DNA of 63,725 bases, counting the filler, from Welwitschia mirabilis (lineage: Eukaryota), in assembly GCA_051453625.1 (NCBI GenBank). It is 7 parts of one record of this genome, joined end to end, with 100 filler letters (N's around TTAATTAATTAA, not from the genome) between each part and the next. Parts side by side here need not be neighbours in the genome. Positions count along the whole stretch, not along the records: positions 10,997 to 13,585 come from JBOZIK010000001.1; positions 13,686 to 31,062 come from JBOZIK010000001.1; 5 more parts are not named here. The stretch is one strand, 5' to 3'. Of this stretch, positions 10,997-23,349 are shown one piece after another (position 1 is the first letter of the stretch; each line of letters starts with the position of its first letter). A program made the position numbers and the translations under genes. The notes below the pieces were generated by a model that saw only the letters and a list, made by a program, of their open reading frames with translations, did not search any database and was not told the origin of the DNA.

Positions 10997-13585
10997 AGTA
11001 TTCATAAGTCTTATGAATTACATATTCCAGACATATCTTGACTCTTTTATAATTGTATTCATTGATACTTCTCATTTATTCTAAGTCTTATGAAGAACAT
11101 GAGAAACACTTGAGAATAGTCTTAGACACTTTAAAAACTCATCAACTATATGCTAACATGGAGAAATGTTATTTTTGAAAGTAATTCATTCAGTTATTAG
11201 GTCATGTAGTATCTAAAGAAGGTATTTTAGTTGATCCAAATAAAGTTAAAGTAATTATGAAATGGTCAGCACCTATAACTATTACTAAAGTTGGAAGCTT
11301 TTTTGGTATTATTGGGTATTATCATCGATTCATATTCAACTTCTTTAAAATAGCTTCTCCTCTAAGAAGATTCTTAAAGAAAAATAAAGATTTTTAGTGG
11401 ACAGAAAAATGTCAATAATTCTTTGATTGTTTTAAAGAGTTTTTAACTACTACTTCATTGTTAGTAATGCTAGATGATTTTAAGATCTTTTTAGTTTACA
11501 TTAATGCATCAAGAGAAAGTCTTGGAGCTATTTTTGAATAAGATAAAAGATTAATAGCCTATGGATCAAGCCAACTTAAGAAACATGAGAGAAATTATCC
11601 TCTTCATGATCTTGAATTAGCTATAGTACTATTTTCTTTAACGTTATGGAAGCACTATCTCTATGATGTAAATTTCAAGTTTGGATGATCATAAAAGTTT
11701 AAAATACATTTTCACTTAATTAAACTTAAACTTTAAGCAAATAAAATGGATAAAATTTTTATGTGATTTTAANNNNNNNNNNNNNNNNNNNNNNNNNNNN
11801 NNNNNNNNNNNNNNNNNNNNNNNNNNNNNNNNNNNNNNNNNNNNNNNNNNNNNNNNNNNNNNNNNNNNNNNNAAGTTTGAACTGATCATAAAAGTTTAAA
11901 ATACATTTTCACCTAATTAAACTTAAACTTTAAGAAAATAAAATGGATGAATTTTTTATGTGATTTTAATCTTGAACTTTTATACCATGAGGGTAAAGGA
12001 AATAAAGTTATAGATGCTCTTAGTAGACATGGCTATCTTAAAATAATTATTAAAATTCAAAGTTAGATGGCTCTTATTATTATAGAGGGTTAAAATAAAG
12101 ATAAAAATTATTAAAAATTAAAGGATCAGTTAGAGAAATCAATAAATTCAGAAGACTTTAGCATTAATTCAAAAGGTATTATTAAATTCAAGGGAGTGTT
12201 CTTGGTTCCTAATGTAGATGAAATCAGATAAAATATAATGTTTAAATTTCATAATCATCCAATATCAAGTCATCCTGGAGGAATAAAAAGGTATCAAAAC
12301 ATGAAGCAAAAATTNNNNNNNNNNNNNNNNNNNNNNNNNNNNNNNNNNNNNNNNNNNNNNNNNNNNNNNNNNNNNNNNNNNNNNNNNNNNNNNNNNNNNN
12401 NNNNNNNNNNNNNNTTCAAAAGGTATTATTAAATTCAAGGGAAGGTTCTTGGTTTCTAATGTAGATAAAATCAAACAAAATCTAATGTTTAAATTTCATA
12501 ATCATCCAATATCAAGTCATCCTAGAGGAATAAAAATGTACCAAAACATGAAGCAAAAATTTTGGTAGCTAAAGATGAAAAAGGATATAGCAGAATTTGT
12601 ATGAAAGTGTTTAAATAATCAAAAATTTAAGGTAGAACATAGAAATCTAGTAGGACTACTCTATCCTTATAATGTTCTAGAATATAAATGGGATGTAATT
12701 TGTATGGACTTTATATTAGAGCTTCTAGAACCCCAAGAGGTAATGACTCAATTATGGTTATAATTGATAGNNNNNNNNNNNNNNNNNNNNNNNNNNNNNN
12801 NNNNNNNNNNNNNNNNNNNNNNNNNNNNNCTAAAGTGTACATTTAGAATGTTATTAATTTACATAGTATACATTTAGTGATTATTTTTAATAGGGACTCA
12901 AAATTTACCTCTAAATTTTGATAAGAACTATAAATGGGATTTGGAACTAAGCTAAATATGAGTACAATATTTCATCCTCAAATAGATGGTTAGGAAGAAA
13001 GAGTCAATCAAATCTTAGAGGATCTTTTTAGATCATGTGTTCTTAATAAGCCTAAGAGTTGGGAAGAATACCTACTATAAGTGAAATTTTCATATAATAA
13101 TAGTTATCAAAGTTCTATTCAATATAGTAGGAAATGTAGAGCACCCACTACATAGATAGAACCTGAATAAATATTGATAATAGCATAAAAATGTTACAAG
13201 AAATAGAAAATAAGATGAGAACCATCAAGAATAGATTAAAGGAAATAGTAGATAGGCAAAAGATGTATGTAGATCTTTGAAGAAGAGACCTTAAATTCCA
13301 AGTAGGTGATTATGTCTTCCTCAAGGTATTACCAATGAAATAAGTTATGTAAGAAATCAAGAGATTAAAATTAGCCTCTAGATTTATTAGACCATTTCAG
13401 ATATTAGAATGTGTTGGACCTATTGCATACAAACTTGCTATACCTCCCCAATTATTGCACATGTATAATGTTTTTCATTGAATATGCTAAGAAAGTATAT
13501 TATAGATCCTTCTCATGTGTTGAATTAGTCTTATATTTAGATGGAACTTGATTGTTTGACTATAAAGTAGCCACAAGCAGTGTTG
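10997..13585 (+). mobile_element. Ty3/gypsy (Tekay/Del-like) pol relic: RT C-terminus, RNase H and integrase
   Basis: Motifs read by eye: [96 protein letters not shown] and VGPIAYKLAIP. Many stops. Bounded by linker gaps on both sides. Confidence 0.9.
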
Positions 13586-13685
13586 NNNNNNNNNNNNNNN
13601 NNNNNNNNNNNNNNNNNNNNNNNNNNNNNTTAATTAATTAANNNNNNNNNNNNNNNNNNNNNNNNNNNNNNNNNNNNNNNNNNNN

Positions 13686-16600
13686 CTCATGTGACATATT
13701 TCATATATATTACTAATTCGATCACATACATGTAGAGATAGATAGGCTAAGATAGAGTCTAAGGCTATAGAGCATGAGGTTGACCCATTGGCACTACTAA
13801 AGTTTAAGTGGATAGAGCCAATCCAACCTCCTTCTCATTATACTAGGTCTTTCTTTATTCAAATAGTTATCATTCATGGAGAGAGATATTTTAAAGATTT
13901 CATGAACCATATAGAGCCACACATGAATTAGAGGGTAAAAAGTTTATAGCTCCACTGGATCATAGGCACACATGAGGCATATTACACATAGGAGACTNNN
14001 NNNNNNNNNNNNNNNNNNNNNNNNNNNNNNNNNNNNNNNNNNNNNNNNNNNNNNNNNNNNNNNNNNNNNNNNNNNNNNNNNNNNNNNNNNNNNNNNNNNN
14101 NNNNNNNNNNNNNNNNNNNNNNNNNNNNNNNNNNNNNNNNNNNNNNNNNNNNNNNNNNNNNNNNNNNNNNNNNNNNNNNNNNNNNNNNNNNNNNNNNNNN
14201 NNNNNNNNNNNNNNNNNNNNNNNNNNNNNNNNNNNNNNNNNNNNNNNNNNNNNNNNNNNNNNNNNNNNNNNNNNNNNNNNNNNNNNNNNNNNNNNNNNNN
14301 NNNNNNNNNNNNNNNNNNNNNNNNNNNNNNNNNNNNNNNNNNNNNNNNNNNNNNNNNNNNNNNNNNNNNNNNNNNNNNNNNNNNNNNNNNNNNNNNNNNN
14401 NNNNNNNNNNNNNNNNNNNNNNNNNNNNNNNNNNNNNNNNNNNNNNNNCAAACTTTAGCTCATTACCTATAGGATATAGAAATATAGATACTATAAGAGG
14501 CAGAGAAACGTTAGATACAGAAACCTATGTTTGGAATTATTATCTAGTAGATTTAGGCTCTCCTGGTAAAGATGACATAGAGTATCCAAGAAATATAGAC
14601 TAAGGCATCTCTACACTTGAGCAAAGGATCTCAATGGTTGAAAGGAGAGTATAGTGCATTAAGAAGAAACTTCTTGATGTGTAATAGTGCATCTTATAGA
14701 TGAAACATAGTGTAACAATAAACCNNNNNNNNNNNNNNNNNNNNNNNNNNNNNNNNNNNNNNNNNNNNNNNNNNNNNNNNNNNNNNNNNNNNNNNNNNNN
14801 NNNNNNNNNNNNNNNNNNNNNNNNGTAACAATAAACCTCTAGAGACAGAATGCAGGAAGATGAGATAGCACGAACTATTATGAAATTTTTAAACCACCAT
14901 TTTCTTGTAGATCTTGAGCATCATCCTTCTTCTTTACCTACATCTAAACCTGCTACACATTAGGAGTTTATCATAACTTGATAAGGGCAGTGATTTTTTT
15001 TATGATGTATTATGTATCTTCCCCTTTGTAAATTGTATAAAACTCATGATTTATATAGACATATCANNNNNNNNNNNNNNNNNNNNNNNNNNNNNNNNNN
15101 NNNNNNNNNNNNNNNNNNNNNNNNNNNNNNNNNNNNNNNNNNNNNNNNNNNNNNNNNNNNNNNNNNTGCTACACATTAGGAGTTTATCATAACTTGATAA
15201 GGGAAGTCATTTTTTTTATGATGTATTATGTATCTTTCACTCTGTAAATTGTATAAAACTCATGATTTATATAGACATATCATTTTCTAGTATCATCATG
15301 ATGTACATTTTTATTACTGAATATTATGAATATTTTTACATATCATTTTTTTAATAGTTCATGATGAGGATCACTCATGTTATACATGTTTGTTTTTTAG
15401 TATCTATTGTACATTTGAGTGAAGGGCTATTAATATTAATGTATTTTAATGTTCATCTTTCTGAAAATTTTTTCACATGCTTCTATTTTTTAAAACCGAT
15501 TTTTTAGTCTATGCCCCCTCCATTGTTTGAATGACAACCAGGATGATAGTATGGCCACTTATACTACACAAGTAAAACATTCAGTTATTTGTTTTTGATA
15601 TTTTTGCTCCACATATCAAATTACTGAACTGATTTTTAGTTTATTTTATAGTTCCCTAGTTGATTTATTATTAGTTAATTTGGCTCATAGTTATAGTTAT
15701 TCACCTAGTTTTATTAAAAACTGATAAGGCTAAGTTAGAGGGGTAATGTTGCACCACCAAATTGTATATATTTAATAAGGTATTTTAAATAATTTTGTAG
15801 CACATTAAACAATTTTATGCTAAGTTTTGATAATAATAGAGAGCTAAGTTAAATGTCATAAAAACATGTAATCTTCATTACATTTGATAGCATTTAAAGC
15901 AAAATATAATAATTCCTATCTAAAGTAGCAATCTTGTAATCAAAGAGGCTTATGCAGTATAAGAAATACTTTACAGAAGCTCATCATCCATCTCATCATC
16001 CAAACGACGTTATGAATAACATAACTACTTATGCTAAGGAGGATGCCTACTAAATCAATTTGGTAGGGGATGTAAAACTTGTATAATATGGCATTATCTC
16101 TTATAACATCTAGATGACTAGTAGGATGATACCTAAAAATAATGATTTATTAAGATTCATCAACCTATGGCCATTTTTCTTGTCCCTTCTTATGCGACTG
16201 TTAGAGTTATTACTACATTTATTAGTATTTGCTAAATTTAGAGTCTGTTTTATATTAAATACCTCCTATGCCCTGAACTCCATTTTTATTTTCTTTGGAA
16301 TTGGAAATTTTCATCATGAGAGATTAAAATATAGAAGGTTCATCCAATGTTGTTATAGATAAATGTCTTTCTTGGTATTGGGATGTGTATCCTTTATTAA
16401 GGTGTTGCTACTTTGAAATATGAATGTTGGTTCGACTTAATCAGAACTCTATTTTCCTTTTCATATCATTTGTTATGTGGATCTTATTAATGGTTTATAT
16501 TACTTGTGATTTATTAATAGCTTCATCTGTGATATAGGTCATAATAGCAACCTTTGTTAAGATTGACATTATTATTCTAGGTGCATTGCATTTCATTTCT

Positions 16601-17012
16601 TAAATTGACTTTGCATTATTTTCGTATTTTGTTCTAGGCATCTAATAGATTAGGTTAGTCTTGATATAGTGATGGATTTCCTTATTTGATCTAGGTTATA
16701 TAGGGTTAAACTCTATGACAGGTTGATTTGGTAATTAGATAGATGTTGTATTTATCATAGAACTTGCATCTCATTTGCATAACGTGTTAATTTACATTAT
16801 TACTTTGTATTATTATTATTCTACTTAGAGATTACAAAGTATTTTTTTTAAATTAATTATTTTTTTTTCATATCTGCGCCTTTGATGAAATTATAACATT
16901 TGAGTCACTTTCATCTATATTAGTGTGTTGTATATAATATATATATATATATATTAGTGAATTTAAAGATTTGTTTAAAGATGTAATGTTTACACAAGTA
17001 CGTACTGCAACA
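13686..17012 (+). mobile_element. 3' part of an Athila-like element: extra-ORF relic, 3' UTR, PPT and 3' LTR (15747-17012)
   Basis: Reverse-complement similarity to 17187-21110, for example GTAGAGATAGATAGGCTAAG at about 13733 versus 21045-21065. PPT AAGTTAGAGGGG precedes TGTTGCA at 15747, and the LTR ends TGCAACA at 17012. Confidence 0.75.
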
Positions 17013-17186
17013 CTCCATAAAATACTAAATAAAAAAAAATTCAATCTAATACTAGAGGATAAGATATTGTCTACCTAATGCTATAAGACAACCTCTAAGA
17101 AATGCTACAAGATAGAATCTTATCTACCTAATTCTAAATGATAAAAATTCTACCTAACACTACAAGATAAGAGCTTGTAACCACCC

Positions 17187-18293
17187 TGTTGTGGTGTGTA
17201 TTTGTGTAAATGATTATGCTCAAAAATATCTTATCATTTACAAATAAAATAGATATTTTGCACAACACAACACACTAATATAGAGGGGAGTAAATCAGAA
17301 TGTCATTATCCATTAAAGGCCTAAGCTAGAAGAAAGAGAATTAATTTTGAAATAAAACACTTACATATTTTAGCAACAGAAATAAAATGCAATGTAGAAA
17401 ATCATAATTCAAACACACTTATGCAAAGTTAATCTAGGAAAGGAAAATAACAATGCACCTAAACTAATAATGCTTAACCTTGATAAAGATTATCCTCATA
17501 ACCTATATCACTCAATAAACTATCATAGAATCAAAAGTAACATAAATTATAAGGGATAAGCAACAAATAAGTATAAATTATAAAAGAGTTATTTGTATTG
17601 ATCTCAAACCAATACCCATGTTATAAAGTAGCTACACCTTAATAGAGGAATCATAGCCTAACATCAAGGAAGACATCTCTATACAACTACCAAGGATGGA
17701 TATCTAGTCCTTTGATCTCTTCTCATGAGAATTTCTATTACAAGTGAAGAGGAGTAGGAATTGAAAGTGGAATCAATACTTATTGACAAATAAACATACA
17801 AATAACAAAACAGATAAATAGATGCAGGTACAACCTTGACAGCCATGCAAGAAACATAAAGGTAAATGGCAAAAGTTAAGTAAATGTTTAGTAAAGCATT
17901 ATAACAGATATTATCCTGTTGGTCATCCAATTAATACAGGAGACAATGCCACCTCATAAGAATTACATGTCATCTACCAAATTAATTATAGTCAGCATCA
18001 TTGTTGGCTTTAATTGTTCTATCATCTGTATGGTTATCTAGACGATAATGTGGATGATAGCCTTTTGACAAGTTTCCATGTAATGTATTAGTCTAAACAT
18101 TTGTAGGAATTATGCTTCAAATAGAAAATATTGCAAACTACTTAAATTGCTATAAAATGTAATGGAAATTGCATGTTTTTGTATCTGTCATCTCAACTGT
18201 TCATTATTATGGAAATCCAATGCAAACTTGTTTAACATCCTATAAAACTACTCAAAATACCTTATTAAATACATGCAAGTTGATAGCACAACA
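17187..18293 (-). repeat. 3' LTR of the outer Athila-like element (1107 bp)
   Basis: Termini TGTTGTG/CACAACA, adjacent PPT, and similarity to 34100-34889. Confidence 0.9.
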
Positions 18294-18719
18294 TAGCCCC
18301 CCACTTTGCCTTTCAGTCCCTAACAAAACTAAGTGGTAAACCATGATTATGAACCAACTTATCCAATAATAAAAACAACTAAGATACTAAAAAATTATCT
18401 AAAATTTTTATAAAAATCTCAGAGAAATAGATTAAATTATCAAAAATAAAAAGAACTAAATGTTTCACCTGAATGAGTAACATGGCATACCATTATTTGG
18501 ATTATTATCAGGATAATATGGATGATGATAGGCTTAAAAATGGTTCTTTGAAAATAAAAACCTGTGGCAGAATTTTTTTTAAATAAATGATCAGCAAATG
18601 CATTTATAATTAAAAGCTTTCCATTGAAATATACAATAATTAACAAAAAAGATTAAGGCAAATATAATTAATTCCCATCATGAAATGTGAAAAGAAAGAT
18701 AAGCATGAAAATTAGATAG

Positions 18720-21215
18720 AGTATACCATACTAGACTCAAAATGATGCTTAGGATTAGTAGGGAAATGGAGGTTCAAAGATGTTGAAATAGAATGAACTA
18801 TCTCAATTCCCTAGATACAAATAGCCTATCAACTGTAACACTCTATTGTATAGAGATAATGCATTGATGCACGTCAATTATCTCATCCTCAGAGTGCTAA
18901 ACTCTTCTCTTAAATGTGAGGACCCTCTAATTTAATGTCTAAGTTCTTTAATCTAAAGCCTAAATCCTCTAATTTAAAGTCTCAATGTCATAACCAATGA
19001 AACCTTTAATGGTCTTAGTGGTCTCCATCAAGAGGGCCTAGATTTTCTCAAGTATAACTCCAACCATAAGCCTCTATACCTAAGGTCGTTTTACCTCTCT
19101 TGGTATTTGGATATTCATGTACTACAAATAGTGAGTAAAAGTCTAAATATAAGAAAGACGCTTCTCATTTATGGGCTTTGATATCCCAAATTATTTGAAT
19201 AAAGCTAAGAGGAGGCATGGATAACCCAAAGTCTATAACTGTCATGCCTCTACCATCAATCTCAGTCTCCGCTCTATGAAAGTTGGTAGATCCATCTACT
19301 CTTCCAACTTGAAAGCTATAAAAATTTGTAGATGTGTGACCATAACATAACTATTATAAAATGATGGACTGATGTTATGGATCAGCCCTCTGTGAAGAAC
19401 TCTATATGTGGGGGACAACTGCATAATAATAACTCTCTACCTATCAAGTGTTAAATCAGTCAAGATGTCTAATGTAGCACCATATGCATAATGCTCCTCT
19501 ATCCCTCTAGCCAAATGAATATATAAAATTTCCACACCATCTAAATCTATCACTACTGTAATATGGTGTGGGAGTATGGATATCTTGTGATCCTGTATAA
19601 ATGCTACGATCATGTTACCTAAGTGATCATAAAAGTCTAAACATCACTCAATGTGTATGGTGNNNNNNNNNNNNNNNNNNNNNNNNNNNNNNNNNNNNNN
19701 NNNNNNNNNNNNNNNNNNNNNNNNNNNNNNNNNNNNNNNNNNNNNNNNNNNNNNNNNNNNNNCTAAAGCCTAGATCCTCTAATTTAAAGTCTCAATATAA
19801 TAACCAATGAAACCTTTAATGGTCTTAGTGGTCTCCATCAAGAGGGCCTAGATCTGCTCAAGTATAACTCCAACCATAGGCCTCTATACCTAAGGTCGTT
19901 TTACCTCTCCTGGTATTTGGATATCCATGTACTACAAATAGTGAGTGAAAGTCTAAATATAAGAAATACGCTTCTCATCTATGGGCTTTGGTATTTCAAA
20001 TTATTTAAATAAAGCTAAGAGGAGGCATGGATAACCCAAAGTCTATAATTGTCATGCCTCTACCATCAATCTCATTCTCCTCTATATGAAAGTTAGTAGA
20101 TCCATCTACTTTTCTAACTTGAAAGCTATAAAAAATTTTAGATGTGTGACCATAACATAACTATAATGAAATGATGGACTGATGTTATGGATCAGCCCTC
20201 TATGAAGAACTGTATATGTGGGGGACAACTGCATAATAATAACTCCCTGCCTATCAAGTATTAAATTAGTCAAGATGTCTAATGCAGCACCATATGCATG
20301 ATGCTCCTCTATCCCTCTAGCCAAATGAATATATAAAATTTCCACACCATTTAAATCTATCACTACTGCAATGTAATATGGGAGTATGGCTATCTTATGA
20401 TCCTGTATAAATGCTACGATCATGTTACCTAAGTGAACATGAAAGTCTAAACATCACTCAACGTGTATGGTGTCATAAAACTCTCTTGTCTCTAATGCAT
20501 AGTATGTTACTTGTGCGTCCAAAATCCATTGTAACTAGAGATCTAAGATCTTATGATCAACCTTAGGCTCTATCCTACTCATGAAATCTTCAAAATGGTG
20601 CTCGACATGGATGGAGGATGTTTGAATAGTTAACAATCTATGGTGTCAAAATAGAGGATGTATAGGATCTGCATGCTTAATCTATAATAGCAATATATAT
20701 TGACCTAAAACAATTTCACTTTCAATTAAACTCTTTTTCTAACTCAAATGTAGACTACTAGAAATGCATCTATCAAGGACTTTCTCTAATCTTTCTAAGA
20801 TTTGTTCAAAATTTTCAGCATAAATAGATAAGCCATACATAAAAATTTCTATTGAATCCTCTAACATATTAGGAAAAATTCCCATTATAGCATGTTAAAA
20901 AGTATCAGAAGCATTACACAGTTTAAAAGGCATGTGTTNNNNNNNNNNNNNNNNNNNNNNNNNNNNNNNNNNNNNNNNNNNNNNNNNNNNNNNNNNNNNN
21001 NNNNNNNNNNNNNNNNNNNNNNNNNNNNNNNNNNNNNNGCTCAGCCTTAGCCTATCTAGCTCTACACATATGGGACCTACTCGATTAAAAATATGCAAAA
21101 ACATCATGCGAGATTGGGTAAACAAGTTAAATATATTACATGAATGCTTAATAATGATCTCCAAAATGTAAAAAATAATGAAAATATATCCTTCTACCTC
21201 TTTTAAAAGTGTCAA
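18720..21215 (-). pseudogene. Extra (env-like/ORF2) coding relic of the Athila-like element; 18952-19662 duplicated at 19763-20472
   Basis: Minus-strand translation TYYALETREFYDT...LSPTYTVLHRGLIHNISP, located between pol and the PPT; includes ORF fragment 20106-20423. Confidence 0.6.
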
Positions 21216-23349
21216 TATCTCCCGTATTGCCGAGTTGTAAGAAGAAAATTATGAAACACATGAAAAATATTTTTTTAAGTGGGCTTCAATAAGATAAAAA
21301 TTTAAAGTATTCAACTNNNNNNNNNNNNNNNNNNNNNNNNNNNNNNNNNNNNNNNNNNNNNNNNNNNNNNNNNNNNNNNNNNNNNNNNNNNNNNNNNNNN
21401 NNNNNNNNNNNNNNNNTTTAAAATACACAGTGAAAATAAAATCCATAAGTTCCAAAATGAAAGGGGTGATAAACTAATAAACATACATGAAAACTACACA
21501 TTGAAAGACTAAAAAATAAGAGAAAAAATTAAAAAACAAGAGGGAGAAAAAATACCTTATTTTGAGAAATTCAGAAAAAACTTAAAAATCTAGAAAGTGA
21601 AATTGACAAGGATAAAATCTAAGATGATGACATGATTCAAGGAAGTCGTCATCTCTTAAAGGAATGGGCAAAAATGATGAAAATAAAAAAGAAAAATGAG
21701 AAAAATGGTTTAGGTTGTGGTTTTATCACACTATTGTCTGATTGCATCATTTGAATGATAGCCTTAGGATGGATTTTTTAAAAAAATAGACTGTCATCTA
21801 TCTGGTGTCATCTAGACAACCAAGTAAATAATGAAACTTTTTAAAATTTTTTTATAAAATTAAAAATATCAGCTAATAAAGTTAGACTTAGATATAATCA
21901 TTAAGGTATCATAATTTATTAAAAAGCTTAGAAAAATAAGAAATGAAAAAGAAAATCATGAAAATCGGGATGAATTAGAAAAACTCAAAATAAAAAAAAA
22001 AAACTATGACTAAAGAAAACAAATTAACTAAGCTAAAAATTGATAATGAAAATTGAATAAATGTGTCAAACTAAAAAGTAAAACAAGACAAGTCATAGAA
22101 CTCCTAAACGGTCCAAGAACTCTCATAAAAGCTATGAAACATAAAAAATTTCCTATTTAATTATAATGCTAAATAAAAATAATATTGCATGAATGAATAG
22201 TAAGAAAAGTATTAAATGATAAGAGCCTATCAAAAGATGAGAAAATACGAAAATGAATTTGAAATAATAAATTAAAAAGAAAGGCAAAATAAAAATAGAC
22301 ACAAGATAAGATTGCTTATCTATCCTAAATTCTATCCTAGCAAACCCCCAAGGAAGACATCATAAAGCCACCTAAGTAAGAATGCATGACAAAATTTATA
22401 AACTCAATAAAGTTCCACTTAAAAAGGTAGTAATTATAATGATACCAAAACTGAAGTACTTAAAATAATGAATGATAAGATCAAAAGCTAAACTCACCTA
22501 CTCACACCCCATAAAAACACCTAAATCCTCAAAAGTGAAATGATCATGTGAAAATACTAAGAGTCTAGAAAATAAGCAATGCATATAATGACATCAGGAA
22601 CACTACTGATCCTATAGCTTGAAAGTTTATTACAACTTTTCCATGATGAGGGGACTGCAACTATAGTTAGAGAAGTAAGGACCTATGAAGCATAACTAAC
22701 TAACCCCTTAGTAAATTTTCCACATCTACTAACATTTTCAAATATTCCTCTTGAAAAAATTTACCCTTATGTAGTAGAAGATCATGGGAATCATGTATTT
22801 TTCTTTAAGTAAAAATACAATAGATCATGATTATTATCTTATTTTTCTTTTTTACCTCAAAAATTCCCACATGATCACATGCCCAAAAAAACGAAGGTAA
22901 ACAAGTAGGATAAAAGATAGGAAAAAATACTCTTAAACATTAAATATATTATACCATTAAAGAAAAGCATAAGAATTAAGGCATCTTTCTTTAAAATAAA
23001 ATCCATAAANNNNNNNNNNNNNNNNNTTTCAAAATTAGATGAATCTAAGCTTATCATTGTAAAATGTCTAAGTATGAATATTAGTCATGAAAACTTCATA
23101 AAGCCACATATAAGTCAAGTTTAAAAAATAATCAAGCGATATCATAACATCCACTAAAGGAATAAGCTAAGAAAGAAATAATATAATGATAGGATGGAAA
23201 TCCTCCTCATTAAGGTAAACCTCTAAAATAAGTGCTACTATCATGTTCAAGGTTGCATCAAAAGATCTTTTATATACTTTTAACCTTTATCTATTAACTT
23301 TTTGAATCTCTTTAATCTCCAAGTCAGAAATCTTANNNNNNNNNNNNNN

